Assembly: GCA_020137815.1 (NCBI GenBank)
Contig: CM035352.1
Span: 7,068,001-7,132,000 of the forward strand
DNA from: Hormiphora californensis
Taxonomy: Eukaryota; Animalia; Ctenophora
Reading direction: 5' to 3'
Length of the DNA: 64,000 nucleotides
In this document: positions 31,357 to 44,261 of the stretch, one piece after another
How the letters are laid out: the number at the start of each line of letters is the position of its first letter
How positions within the stretch are numbered: the first letter of the stretch is position 1
Notes under the pieces: generated by a model
The model's database searches: none
What the model was told of the DNA's origin: nothing
What the model saw: the letters and a program-made list of their open reading frames with translations, nothing else
Translations under genes and position numbers: made by a program

Positions 31357-32740
31357 TCAATATTTTAAGTTACGGGAGCACTCTCCCCTTAACAAAATCT
31401 TCTGATCATCAGAAGGAATTAAATTCCGATTTCCTCTGTCCCTTGACGTGTCAATCATTCGTGACAATACATAAACAGCTTGGTTTGAAAATGTCCAACA
31501 ACTACTGTTTCTCTTTTTTGACAGTTTTTTGCAGGGCACCATCAAGAAAAGTCCTCATTTTGTTCTCATTTCCAGAAAAGTCCGCTAGTTGTGGCAGTAA
31601 ATCCACTATTCCAGGCTGTACATTTTTAATCCACGATATCTGTGGTTTGATACTAGGACGTGATTGTAACACCTTCGATCCTATTTTGACAGCAATAGCG
31701 TTAATTAATCGTAGGAACGGATCCGAAACACTGCTGTCTTCAAGATACTTTTCCCGAAACGTCGAATCGTTGGAAATGTAACTCCACATTTGTGCCATAA
31801 TCTCTAATCTAGTTTCAGGTCGAAGTGCAGGGAGATTAGAAGGAATGAGATGTAAGGCCTCACCAGCTGCCAGTAAATCTGAACAAGAAAGAAGGAAGGG
31901 GACAATTCCAATTTCCAAACATTTCACGAACTCCCCCGGTCTGTTGCGAGCTACATTCAACACCAGACCCGGTACTGGAAACAGACTCTCCATCAGGCTC
32001 TTATACCTATCTTCCCGAGTCATTAACTCCACCAACCTGCTCCATGATGCAGTGGAATAAGGAGTGTTCCTCAACTCCCCCTCCCCATCCTTCTCAATTT
32101 CATCATTCCCCCTCTGTGGTATCACACATGAAAATAGGAGGATCTGGATGACCAACAAACCAAGCCATTCTCCGCTTGTATCGCACTCAGCGTTGTATTT
32201 AGCGAGGGTTTCAGTAGGAACCCCTCGGACACCATCAGGATACCTGGCCACAAGACAACTGTACGTATTGGAACGGAGATCACATGTTAACAGGAACTGT
32301 GGCATGCCCGGGCACGCCCATAATCTTCAAAGTATGTGCTTTCATCCTTTAAAGACATCACGGTATTACGGAATGAGGTATGCAGTGCCACACTGGTTTG
32401 ATCTATTGTTTGAGCAGCAAAACTTCTCTTCTTCCATGGGACCCTTCCTTCAGCACGCAGCATGTCATCAACATGGTACAACAGAAAGGCTGAGTTGTGA
32501 TTGAACCCGTTTCATTTTCCAATGTGTCTGTCAGTCGTTCAAGTGCGTCGGACAGCGATAAATTTGAATCTCAGCGATATCTGGCTGATGGCAAACTGCT
32601 TGGTGAGCCAATAAAGCACTGGATTTTCTGCCATCGGATGGTGGAAATCTGGCAATTCCACATCCTCGGCATATTGGTAGTTCTCGTTTTTCGAAGCTCT
32701 CATAGCACACAGAATTCTTGAAAATAGTTGGGAGAGCCAT
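31357..32740 (-). CDS. Intronless unknown protein broken by several frameshifts or a stop
   Basis: Abutting or overlapping ORFs 32740-32531, 32481-32287, 32305-31502 and 31545-31357. An AG acceptor sits just upstream of the ATG. The N-terminal CRGC...H..VC is weakly MYND-like. Confidence 0.55.
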
Positions 32741-33782
32741 GGGAGCCTAAAATTATATTTTGATTATCATCCATTACCAATCATTAACCCTTCAGTCTTC
32801 TTTAACCCTGAGACTGGAGATACCTGTGAGTGCTGACACTACCCAGATTTTAAAAGGCCCCGTTACGATCTGGATGTTTGGAGGCCTGTTTACAGGTGCG
32901 TGCTGCCAAAAAGTACCCCGCACTAAAACGGCTCTATCCGCCAAACCACTGAACCGTTTTGACTAATCCAAAGTTTTTCTGATAGGAAATATAAGCCCTA
33001 AATCCAACCCAAACCCAGATCTAACCTAACCCTACTTTAGCCCTAACCCTGAAAAACCGTGAGGCAAATACGGAACACCCAGATTTTAACGTTTTCCTTT
33101 AAAAAAACGATTTTTGAGCTTTGAATTTCTTCAAGCCTAAAAACGGCGCGGCGCATGCGCAGCGTAAATACTTGTTTTGCGCGTGCACGCGTCGCGCGGG
33201 AGTAACACCAGATTAAAAAAAACAAAAGTCTTATACTCCATTTTTTTCAAGCTGTTCACACCCCCAAGTACGTGCACGAATTGTTTTGCGCGTTTATCAC
33301 ATGTTACGTATAGCGCGCGCCACAAAGTTTCTAAATTTCACTGAAATTTCGATTTTGGGTGAACAGTTGAAAAAAAATGGACTTTATCTTGTTTCAGAAC
33401 TTTTTTTTTTGGATTTGGCCTTTTTTTCAACGCTTGTCTTTTTACTGAGGCGGAAAGGTGTTCTGCAGTCCCCTGGAATTCCTACCCCTGCAGGGAGGGG
33501 CGTGCAGCAGTTTATTACGACCTCTCTTGCACCTCTGGAGACGGATTTTTTTTTATCACTTGCCCTCTCTCAAATCCGTGTGTTGTGTTTATGTTTTCTT
33601 GCTTTCGTGTCTTCATTTTTGTTTATCTCTCTTCCCCCCCCTCCCCTTTTCCTTTATCACTCCGTATCACTTCTTATCTTTTGTACCCCACTGTCGAGCT
33701 ACTTTTGGTTAATCTTATCTTTCGTACCCACCATTCTTAGATTTGTGTTTAACACTCGCTTTGCTTCTTAGTATATCTCTCT

Positions 33783-33820
<38 letters not shown>

Positions 33821-33822
<2 letters not shown>

Positions 33823-33967
33823 CGGTGCATGAGTGCACGATGAATATTTTACAAAGAAAAAATGAAAAGAATAAAGAATTGAAAAAATGTGGAAAAATAA
33901 AAATAAAATTGAAAAAAAAAGAAAAAAAAAATTGTTTTTGAAATTTGCGGTGCACTCATGCACCGCG
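33821..33967. mobile_element. Small TIR element (GCGGTGCATGAGTGCA) with A-rich core
   Basis: Terminal inverted repeats at ~33822 and ~33951-33966. An inverted relative lies at ~37898-38058. Confidence 0.6.
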
Positions 33968-36249
33968 TAAACCGTAAATCGGCTCAAAGTGCACGCGCGT
34001 TACATGTCGCGGCGAAATATTACAAAATAAGCTGCTTTTTTGCGCGGCGCGCCATTTTATTCTCATTTTTGGCCAAAATTCCACAAATTTGGTTGGAATT
34101 TTTTACTTTTTTACCAAATTTCTGCGTTGGAGTTGTCTTTAACCAAATTTCAACCCCAACATACTGGTCGAACCCAACGTGTATGACTATGAGACTCTTT
34201 TTGATTAATTCTAAAGTCCGTTTCAGCGACTTGACCCGTAATTCTTGGAATTTGGCGCATTGCGCGTGTATTCTACAGGGGAAATCCTGAATTTCCAGGA
34301 TCTCAGGTCAAGTCGTTTGAAACGCACTTAGATATGGCTACCCCTTTCTCTCAGCAGTTCTCCTTGGCTGGATGAAATGTGTGATACCAATCGGTAACGG
34401 GTGAAACACCTCAAGAGCCTCAAAAGAGGGACTTGAGGATAAGGATTAGCTACTATTTTTCCCATAAACCAATATCTATGATCTACCCCTCCCTTCTCAG
34501 ATACTGTGAGCGAAGTGATGCGGGGGAACGTCCAACTGGGAGTCAAGGGCAACCAGTATATTGATATGGATGCTCTGCCTAAAGAACGTCATTACTAAGC
34601 CAAAGGGTCACCGATTCAGGAGTTCTCGTAAATCGACAGCTGCCGTGAGGACCGCGACGCTGCCTGAGACCCTTCCCGGCACATTGCCGTGAGGACCGCT
34701 GCCGTGTAGGACCCGGAAGCTTCAAAGAGGAACCCCTGACCGCTTACCAGAGGACACTTCCCCCACTCCAATAGCCGCTGACAAGGAACCCCGCCCTACC
34801 TACAAACCATCTAAGCTGCATCACATCCAGTGACATGGCCATTGTTATCCACTATCTTTCCAACTATTTTCTTCCCATAAAATCCATCTAGATCTACCCC
34901 TCCCTTCGCAGATACTGTGAGCGAAGTGATGCGGGAACTGTCAACTGGAGTACAAGCACCAGTACCATTTGATAGGACCAAATTACCCAAGTAATTACAA
35001 AGTGTGTGGATGCTCGGTAACTAGGGCACTGCTAATTACCAGTTAATGAACCCCCGACATATACACCGCACAGAGGAAAAACGCCGAGAAGAGAAAAAGA
35101 AGGAAGCAGAGGGTGACACTGCGCCTCTGCCCTTTGAATGATTGTACCATTGCCTGATATCCCGAGGAGAATCCACACTTCGAGTGGTAACATTTTACAT
35201 TCTAAACCCCTGATTTCCGAATAATTGTTCTCATCTCAATTTCAAGAATATTAAACACGGTCCTTACTGTGGCTGAGATCCCATAAAAAGGTATACTCGA
35301 TGGTGCTCGATATCACACAGCACATTATGGCTTCACCTGTTAACTTGCACCACAGCTAGTCCCATTCCCAGCTTGAGAGAGACCTAATTTGAACATTCAC
35401 AGGTCAATACACAAATGCTGTGTGTGAAAGTTGTGTGAAAGAACCTCTACCGAGCACTCAACATGAACTTCCGCAAAACTCGGTTACGGAGATTGATGGG
35501 AAGCAGTCGTGATGATGCTATGGACTAAGAAGAGTGCGGCTTCTAGACAGGTCCTTTTAACGCAAAACACAGTGGTCTTACAGGTGAGGCCATGTTTTAA
35601 TTAATTGTATACAGACATTACAGTATATCATTTGAACATTGCATAAAAGAAGCTAGTATGTGCGGTGTGAAAATGACCTTTGACTAAACCAGATTATTTC
35701 AAGGCAGTTTGCGGGACAGTGGGAGGTCTCCATATCAATGGGGAGGAGTGGGGAAACATGGGACAAACGACATCTGCCACCGAAGGTGATGATACCACGT
35801 TTCAAATTCAATCAAGAAACTGGGGCGTTCTTGATGAAAATGATTTCACGGGAACGGCAGACAAGGGTACTTCCATGGGAAGTAGTTCATTGTTAATTCA
35901 TGGATAGACAATTGAAGTTCAGGTTTTTGTGCCGGTAGCCGGTTTCAAATGATGAGAAACTTCAAAGGTTAAACATAGTGACAAGGAGTGATAATAATAT
36001 TCTGGATATTCTGAATTCTCAGGAAGCGGCGGATCATCGTGTGCGGACCGGTAACGATTTGTCACGTTGCCACCCTATGTGGGGAAGAAAAGCGATGGCA
36101 TTACACCGGGGAAGCTTGGGTACGATTTCATCTGTGCACTTGGTGTTACTCCGATTGGTTCATGGAGCACTTCAAAGGGTATGCTATGATGGCCAGCTTG
36201 TGAAAATACATGTGGTTTTTAATTACACTGGCACACCTAGGTCCACAAT

Positions 36250-36530
36250 CCAGGGAGACGAATCACTTTCAATGTCCAGGGGTGACTCTCCCTTCACCAG
36301 GGAGACTGAACACTTCAAATACCAGGGGTTCACTCTCCCTTTCCCAGGGAGGACTGAACCACTTCAAATGTCCAGGGGTTCACTCTCCCCTTTCCCAGGG
36401 AAACTGAACCACTCAAATATCCAGGGGTTCACTCTCCCCTTTCCCAGGGAGACTGAACACTTCAATGTCCAGGGGTTCACTCTCCCCTTCCCAGGGAGAT
36501 CGAACCACTTCAAATACCCAGGGGTTCAAT
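36250..36530. repeat. ~48-bp minisatellite, about 6 copies
   Basis: Unit CCAGGGGTTCACTCTCCCCTTCCCAGGGAGACTGAACCACTTCAAATGT. Confidence 0.9.
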
Positions 36531-37522
36531 ATCCACTCTGTCTCACTCACCAAACTTCAGGGATTGTGATAAGACTCTTCCTCTCAATTCCCCACTCCTC
36601 TATCTACTACTCCCTCTCTTCAGATTATCACATGCTGGACCAGGAAATGTATTGCTAATTGTTGCTATACAGATGAGTTACGAATATAGAGCGATCAGGC
36701 CCTAAATTGTAGACTCCCTGCCTCAAACAGAGGTCATTTTATGATGATTGGTGATGAACGGAAACTGTGTGCAATGGACCATTTGTAGTTCAGGTAAGAA
36801 ACAGTTGAATCTCCGTAAGGGTATAGGTAGAGTGGTTTATCGTCTCCTTCAAAGGGGTGTACTCTCCCTTCCCCCGAAGAGGACTGGGACCCATTCAAAA
36901 CGTCTGGAGGTTCATCTCCCCTCGAAGTCTGAACTCTGAACCCCCACTAACTCCGGGGATCGGTCATCGGGCACCCATGGGCAGTATATTATAGTTTACA
37001 ATGTCCAGCGAATCAATGTAGCGGTGACCCGCTCAATATTAACCGGGTTATTGATTAGGGTAGCGACTGACTTTTTGAAACGTTTGAAACGGTGGCTAAT
37101 TTGAAACACCCCCTCCAGAGTTCAGTAGGTGCACCCGATTTGGATTTTTAGACATCAGTAGGCTAGTCCGAACTCAGTCAAGCTCACTGATGTCTAAAAT
37201 CCCAAATTGGTGGGCGCCGTTCAAAGCCCGTCGCTTTCCAAATGGACTAACTAATACTGTTTTCAGGTTGCCAAAGTATAAGTAACGAATGTCCAACCTC
37301 AAGTGTTTACTTGTGCTGTGTGCCACGACCCCGCACAACAACAATACAAGGGTTTTCCTTACCTTCACTCCAATCGGTGTCCGATCCCAAGTTCTTGATT
37401 TCCGGAGTGTATCACATAATTGTTTGAACTCTATTTTGAAGAGAAGTGACTTTATTAATTATACCTGTGTGGGAGAGAGAGAAAAGAGAGAGAAAAATAG
37501 GATGGAGAGAGAGAGAGGGGGG

Positions 37523-37554
<32 letters not shown>

Positions 37555-37849
37555 GAGATAGAGAGAGAGCGAGAAAATATATATTGACTGTAAATTTACT
37601 ACCATTCTTCAAACAATCTAGTATATCACGTGTTTTAGTTTGATTAACAATGAAATAAGCGATCCACTAAAAGAAAAGGATGAACTTTTGCTGATGTTGG
37701 TGTGATGTCGGAATCGGTTGAATGGCGGCGCCATACCCCATTTGATTCTCACACAACACGTGGCTCAGAGGGTCGCGGCGCCAGACAGGAATCGATAGGG
37801 TCTACTGGAGCACTTGCTCGCGATTGCGTCTAGCGCGCGGTGAAAGTCA

Positions 37850-38390
37850 AATGTTGCATTTAGCACGCGCGTGCATTTTGAGCGATTTACGGTACGCGTG
37901 GTGCATGAGTGCAGGCCATTTCAATTTTTTAACGAATTTTTTTCTTTTTTTCCAGTTTTCTTTTTTTTCTTTTTCATTTTTTCTTTTTTTTCAGTTTTCT
38001 TCTTTTCTTTCATTTTTCTTTTTTTTTAAAATATTCATCGTGCACTCATGCACCGCCATACTCTCCTCTCTTCCACACAAGTTTTTGCAGTGCAGCCAAT
38101 CCCAATGCAGTTATGGTCACTTTCACTTTCACTTTCACTATGATCAGCCAATTGGGTGCCAGCATTCTAAGTCACGTGAGCACCTCCCGATCCAATCTCG
38201 TTCATTTATCACATTGCCTCTCTCCAAAATCCGTGTTTGTGTGTGTTTATGTTTTCTTGCTTTTGTCTTCATTTTGTTTCTTCATTCTTTCCCCCCCCCT
38301 CCCTTTTCCCTTCTACACACTCAGTATATACTTCTTATCTTTTGTACCCCCCACTGTCGGCTCCATTTTGGTCTAATTACCCACCGCCCC
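37850..38390. repeat. Dispersed repeat shared with 33550-34005
   Basis: 38205-38390 matches 33550-33735 directly; 37855-38058 matches 33821-34005 inverted. Confidence 0.75.
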
Positions 38391-39791
38391 ACCCCACCGC
38401 CCCCCCACACCTCCAATATAGCGGGATTCATATACTGCATACTACAGAGACGATCCTTTGTGTTTGGTGCACTAGTATAGTCGCTTTCGCGTGTCAACTT
38501 AACCAATGTTCTTAGGTTCACGCCCGACTGTTCTTCAGAACATTCGTGGGTGCTACATTCTGTCCAACCCTTTTTGTGTTTGACGTTCTCGTTTATTTTT
38601 ATATCTCTGCTGGAAACATACCTCTCACGTTCTCATCTCATCACCAACAACATCACGGTCCATCACCATCCTTGCTGAAGTTTGTCCGCGTATGTTGTTG
38701 TTTTTTAAATTAGTACATTCGAGCTGGTCCCAATTTTTCATGAACCTTCCACTCACCCAATACTCGCTCATTCGTTTCTAGTTTCAAGATGATCACAATC
38801 ATTCATGATTCACTGTATCATTCCTCCGTTCACTCCTATGTTGTTGTTTTTATTTCCTCTTGTCCCTTATTATTATTGTACGAATCCCCAGAGTCCATTA
38901 GATCCATGATCTTGTGCTACAGTTACCCCAGAAATTTTGGTTTTTCCATTGTTTCTTGCTTAAATTATTTTTAGAATTCGGACTGAAAAAGTAAGAATTT
39001 CATTCCACCACCATTATACTAGCTTGCGAATGAGGCTCTATATCTAAGTTACTGAGAAGAATTGTTTTCGATCTAGAAGTATGTTTTATTTCTTTCACAA
39101 TGACAGACCCCCGACGCGAGACGTCTGGTGGTGACATTCCAAGGTGATCCGGCACTGCGTCTCGCCTGTTGGCGAGACTTGGCTGTGTGCACTGTTACAG
39201 TCCCAGTGGTGGTCCAAACAACCACAACCCCTGCGAGACGATGGCGTCTCCCAGCGACCGACACGAAGGCCATGCCCCTAAATGTGTCGCAGAATTGTCC
39301 CTGGTTCCACTTCTGGTAGGCTTCGTCTCTGGTGGTTATTATATCCTCGGGGGCCAGGACGCCGTCCCGGAGTGCCTGGAGGGCCGTGAGTAGTCACGCT
39401 GCAATGCTACTTGCCATTTGGACGGAGATGGAAATCATCAGCAAATTCTAATTCCGAGGCTTAACTGTTGGGCTTGACACTTACTATCAACATTTTCTCT
39501 CTAGCGGATATGCAGTTTATTCTCCGAGGTGTTGTTGGCCCAATCAAAGCATTTCAACATGCTCCTGTCGGGGTTCCCTGACCCTTGCGACTGCTGACCA
39601 GTTGACAAAGTTTCTACTTTACTGCCGGTCCAGGAAGAGGGTGGCTAATGTTGGTTAGTTGGTTATTAGAACTCTTCCTCCCTTTGATCCCACAGAAAAT
39701 ACTAATCTCCGGTATTTATCTTGTTGAATTATGAAAAATCCTTTGGAAAATCTTCTGGTTAAGTTGTCACTCCTCCAATAACTGTCTTCAG

Positions 39792-42700
39792 TTTTGTTAT
39801 TTGGGAAAGTTACGCTCAGAGATATTTTGAACTCCCACCAGACCAAATAGAACTATTCTTTGAGGCGTGTCGTCACGTCACCATGCCCCTTAGAGATACA
39901 TCAAACTGGGATAACAGGTAGTTAATTATCCCTCTTCGCATGTAATGAATGAATGATAGACTCGTTACTTGTTTTGTTACTGCTCATAAGAAACTGAAAA
40001 ATTGATTATCTCATCCTTGACAGGTTGTCTGCTGCTAGTGGTGAAGCGAAACAAAGGATGAAAGGGAAGTGCAGTGTGAATGCAATTCATCTTGCACTCT
40101 ACCTCTACTCACAGAACGTCACCCGTATGCAAACACAAAAGTTCTCCCTTCGTTCTGAGGAATTCCCCGAGAGAAAGGCCAAGAAGAAGGGGATTGATGT
40201 TCGGTTTATTGAGACTTTTCCTACTGATATTATCAAAATAATTGGAGAACCGGAAAGCAAATCTCTTCCTCTCGACAAGGTAAATGAGCCTTGGCCCTTC
40301 CTCTCTCATCGCACCCCACTACACATCTTGTAAATGAGGATAAAATCTTAGAATTGTCTTTTGTGGCCTTTTTTAACTTTCCTGAATACTTATTTCAAAC
40401 TTTTCAACACTACTTCAAACAATAATTTGAGCCGTGAAGAGGTAGATCCTCGCTGTTGCGACAATTACCAGTCTGTTTCATCGTTCAGCCCAGAGGCTAA
40501 TAAAATCTGACAATCTTTATATCTAAATCACATTTTTCTTCAGCAAAATCTCTCACTGGCAAATATTAGATCGCTGGGAGTGATTTTCACCGTTTACACT
40601 GATAACCAGATCCGTCATCTTGATGAGGTTTTACAACAACAAACCCATGCTTCTTTCTGTGGATTCAATAAGGTAGGATATGTCTGACAATTTGTTTTTT
40701 TGTCAAGAGAAATAGTTAGTAGTTATATTCTGTATTTTCCCACCTATGCTGTTTTCACAACCTGCCCATAATCAATCACCCTTGGCCCCATCATTCAGAA
40801 CCACTGTATCCGTGATCCTGCCCGTCACCTTGACAACGAACCTTCACACGACACCACCACCCTCACCGTCACCACCACCCTCACTACTACCACCCACATT
40901 CCAGAACGAACATGTTGTCCGGTGAGAATACTGTTTAGATTTCATGTAGCACTTGTGACACAAGTGTTAAGCATGGTAATATTAATAATTGTACCAATGG
41001 TTATCTATCGACTATCACCCTTTTTATTCCCATTTTCATTCATGAAACCATAATAAACATGGTTACACTGTACGAATTGTTATCTAATCTCCCCTTCTCT
41101 CCCAGCTAATGCAGTCGTTCAGTGCCCTACAAATCCGATCCTGGCTTCTAGACCACATCCACGCTAACCCATTCACCAGTAAACGATGTCTAATGTATGG
41201 TAAAGCGGTCTATACTAAGCCTGGGAAACTGATCACTCGGCGATCTATAGACAATACTGAGTAAGTGATACCTTGTCAAGTGATCATATCATGTCCTTTT
41301 TTTTTTGCAAAATACAAAAAACAGCTGTTGAGTTGATCAGTGTAGCATGATCAATACTACCCATCTACCTTGATTTACCGAACAACAACACTCCTTTATC
41401 TCCCCGCAGTGTTTCAACCAGCACACTAACCCGATGCCGTGTCATGATAAACGACCACGAAACCCCAGATGGACACCGGAATGGTTGCCATGCAGTACGT
41501 ATGTCGTCAAATCCTGGTCCTCTCCCGAGGTGCTCTAGGTCACCGTGTTCATGTGTCACACTGTAACGATGCCTCCCTCTACTTCTTATCATCCGTCATG
41601 TCAGTGACAGCTAAACAGTGTAGTAGGTCAACACTGGTGACTGGGCCCGTTGCAGGAACTATCTATCTGACTGGGTGTGTCAATGTGAGACTGATAACTA
41701 TTGCTCGGCGTGTCATTCTCAGGTAATATGAATATTATTTTCTGTCACCTGAAATCAGTTTGAGTGCTTTCGGATTGTAATTATCAGCCATATATATTGT
41801 TCTAACTTCTAACCATGCTCTCTCTCTCTCTTTAGGAACTGTCACGGGTGTAAGGTGTATCTTGCAACCCCCTCACGGCCCCTACTACTGGGGGGTTGTA
41901 CTGACATTACCCTGGCACCCCACAACACCTTCTACAGTGGACTTCAGGGACATGCAGTATGCATCATTCTCTCTCGCTGTCAATAAATGGGATAGTGCGG
42001 CTGTTCCCCTCTTAACTCAGATTATAATGGTAATTATTAGGGCACAAAATTAGGGTATGCGTGGAAGCTTTGGTGACGCGGTCACCCCTCCACTAGGGCC
42101 GCGCGAAGTGGAAGCTGCATGGAAGAGTTTGAGATAATTTATCATACAGAATTGAATGACTATTACATATATGATGTGCTAAGTTCAAGTTATGTAGGAC
42201 ACGAAATTGATTATATCTTGATTTCGTGGCTCTACAAACACTCACTATGTGGGACCCATTAGTATTCATGTATCGGATATGCACATTATTCATCTGTTCT
42301 GTTGCAGTTGGTGGAGGAGATTATGAGAGAATGAGTTAGGACACGTTAGGCCTTACAACACGTGAGGCCTTGGGCTAGAAACAGTTATTATTTTAGTCTT
42401 ATCTCGTTATCGGTAACTCGCTTTCACGGGGCTTTGACGCATGGTGTGTCTTGTGAGAGAGAGAACGTGAGACAACATCTGGGTTGAGAGTGACCCGAGT
42501 TCTCGGGAATGAAGTGAGAATTAGGTCCGTTCTCCTGGACGGAGATTAAGATAGAACTAGCTTCTTCAGGTGCGAAGTGCGAGTTCTTGGGCTGATTATA
42601 TCGGAGGTCTTTATTTAATCCTTTGATGATACACAATTTATAATGTATATTTCACATTTGATAGTTCACATTTGGTTAATGCTGTGTTACTAGTTGCATC

Positions 42701-43380
42701 TAAGCTCGGTGTTGCCTTGCTACAAGGGAACATCGTGCTGCAACACAAGTGTCATGGATCTGGATCAACCGTCAAAACCTAAGGAACCTTAATTTCATCC
42801 TGTCCGGGCTAGGACAGATGTGGGCATTGGGACACGCAGGAGTGGTCCGTCGAGACGGTCGCACGGGCTGCAATGGCAGCCCCACACTGAGTGTTTTACA
42901 GTCCCGCTCAGGCCACGTAAAGGAAAGTTTAGGGGATGGAACTTCATCCCCTAGCTAGACAGGCTCGCACTAGCAATAGCAAGAGACACTTTTCCTTCTC
43001 TACAGTTATTCCCATTCCCAATTCCCATTCCCAACCCTCACAGAACCACACAAACTCCCACACAGGAGACACCTCAGACTCACTAACACCCATCATGTCA
43101 CCCGTCTACACACCCATCTCTCCACACGGTAAATCACAGACATCAGAATCACCTTATATCGGCACTGATCGTGTCAATCAATGTAACTTGTTATGTTCTA
43201 ACCCTCCCTCACGGCTCACACAAATATTGCAAAGGATGGTTAGAACATGACAAAGTGTAATGATTTGTCCTTTATTTAACTTGTTCTAACCCCTTAGATG
43301 AGAAGAAAGTCTTCCAAAAGATGAGTCCGGATCAGTTTCACTTGTTTTCTATCCCTTTCAACACCGATGGAACTACTACA
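39792..43380 (+). CDS. TBCCD1: TBCC-domain-containing protein 1-like (C-CAP/cofactor C beta-helix); termini unresolved, some frameshifts
   Basis: Exons 39792-39917, 40024-40279, 40544-40672, 40799-40921, 41106-41260, 41410-41722, 41836-~42003, 43006-43128, 43298-43380. Motifs SVNAIHLALYLYSQ, SEEFP, HCNDASLYFLS..VTAKQC..STLVTGPV..IYLTGCVNV, LAPHNTFY, NKWD, FHLFSIPFNTDGTT. A likely first exon near 39505-39640 is frameshifted. Confidence 0.8.
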
Positions 43381-44261
43381 GTGAGTTTATACTCGCTCCT
43401 TAGAACAAGAAAAACTCACAGAGACGATCATGATCACAAGCAATCTATAAGTTTAGAGAAGAGAAGTAAGGCGTGTTATACCAGTTCTTACACACCACGG
43501 TGTTCTAAAGAGGAGTTATAGGGAAGGAGACAAGTAGAAGCCCAGAAGGGTAACATAAAATGACAGATGAAAAAGTTAATTTGACAGAGACAAAGTCTGA
43601 CGGTTGTGACTACCAAAAACCGCAACAAAACTCACCACACCAACACACGAACATATACACAGCAACGGGGACCAAGGATGAAAGAGCAAGAGGAAAAAAC
43701 ACTAAAAAGAAGACAACCGAGAGAAAAAACATTAGGAGAGATGTGAGGGAAATGCTCCATGAACACACGACATGATATCAATGTCATGACCAGTACAGTC
43801 GCGCGACGACTCAGAATGATACGTATGCGTGATGAGAGTGATTGATAGAGGAATCATAATTTCATTTAGCATGTGTGTTGTGTGGTCTCGATTACGTTGA
43901 TCTCAGAAGGACCGCACGCGCGCTCGCCGAACCGCTCTGGGACAGAGACCTTCGCGCGCACTCTTTTGACCGTGAGAAAATTTGAAATTGGCTGGAAAGT
44001 TGGTTGTTTGTTTTTTGTTTGTTTTTCTTTTGGCATATATCCGTAGAGAGTGTTTTCGTTTTTCTAACAGTAATGTACATATAACAGAATTGTATATCGT
44101 ATAGTATGAAGTTGATAGTATTGTATTTGAGTATGTATATATCGATCTAGTATTTAGTATCAATTAATCCAGTATTTATCTCTTTAGTTTCGTCACTCAC
44201 TCTCCTTCTACTACTAGAGTCCCTGACCTCTCCACTCTATTAAATCTATCCACTATCTTCG

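Noticed and set aside
32996-33051. Interstitial telomere
   Set aside because: Only a few degenerate CCCTAA units inside a repeat-rich block.
35978-36658. 226-aa ORF
   Set aside because: Largely a 48-bp minisatellite, with no domain signal.
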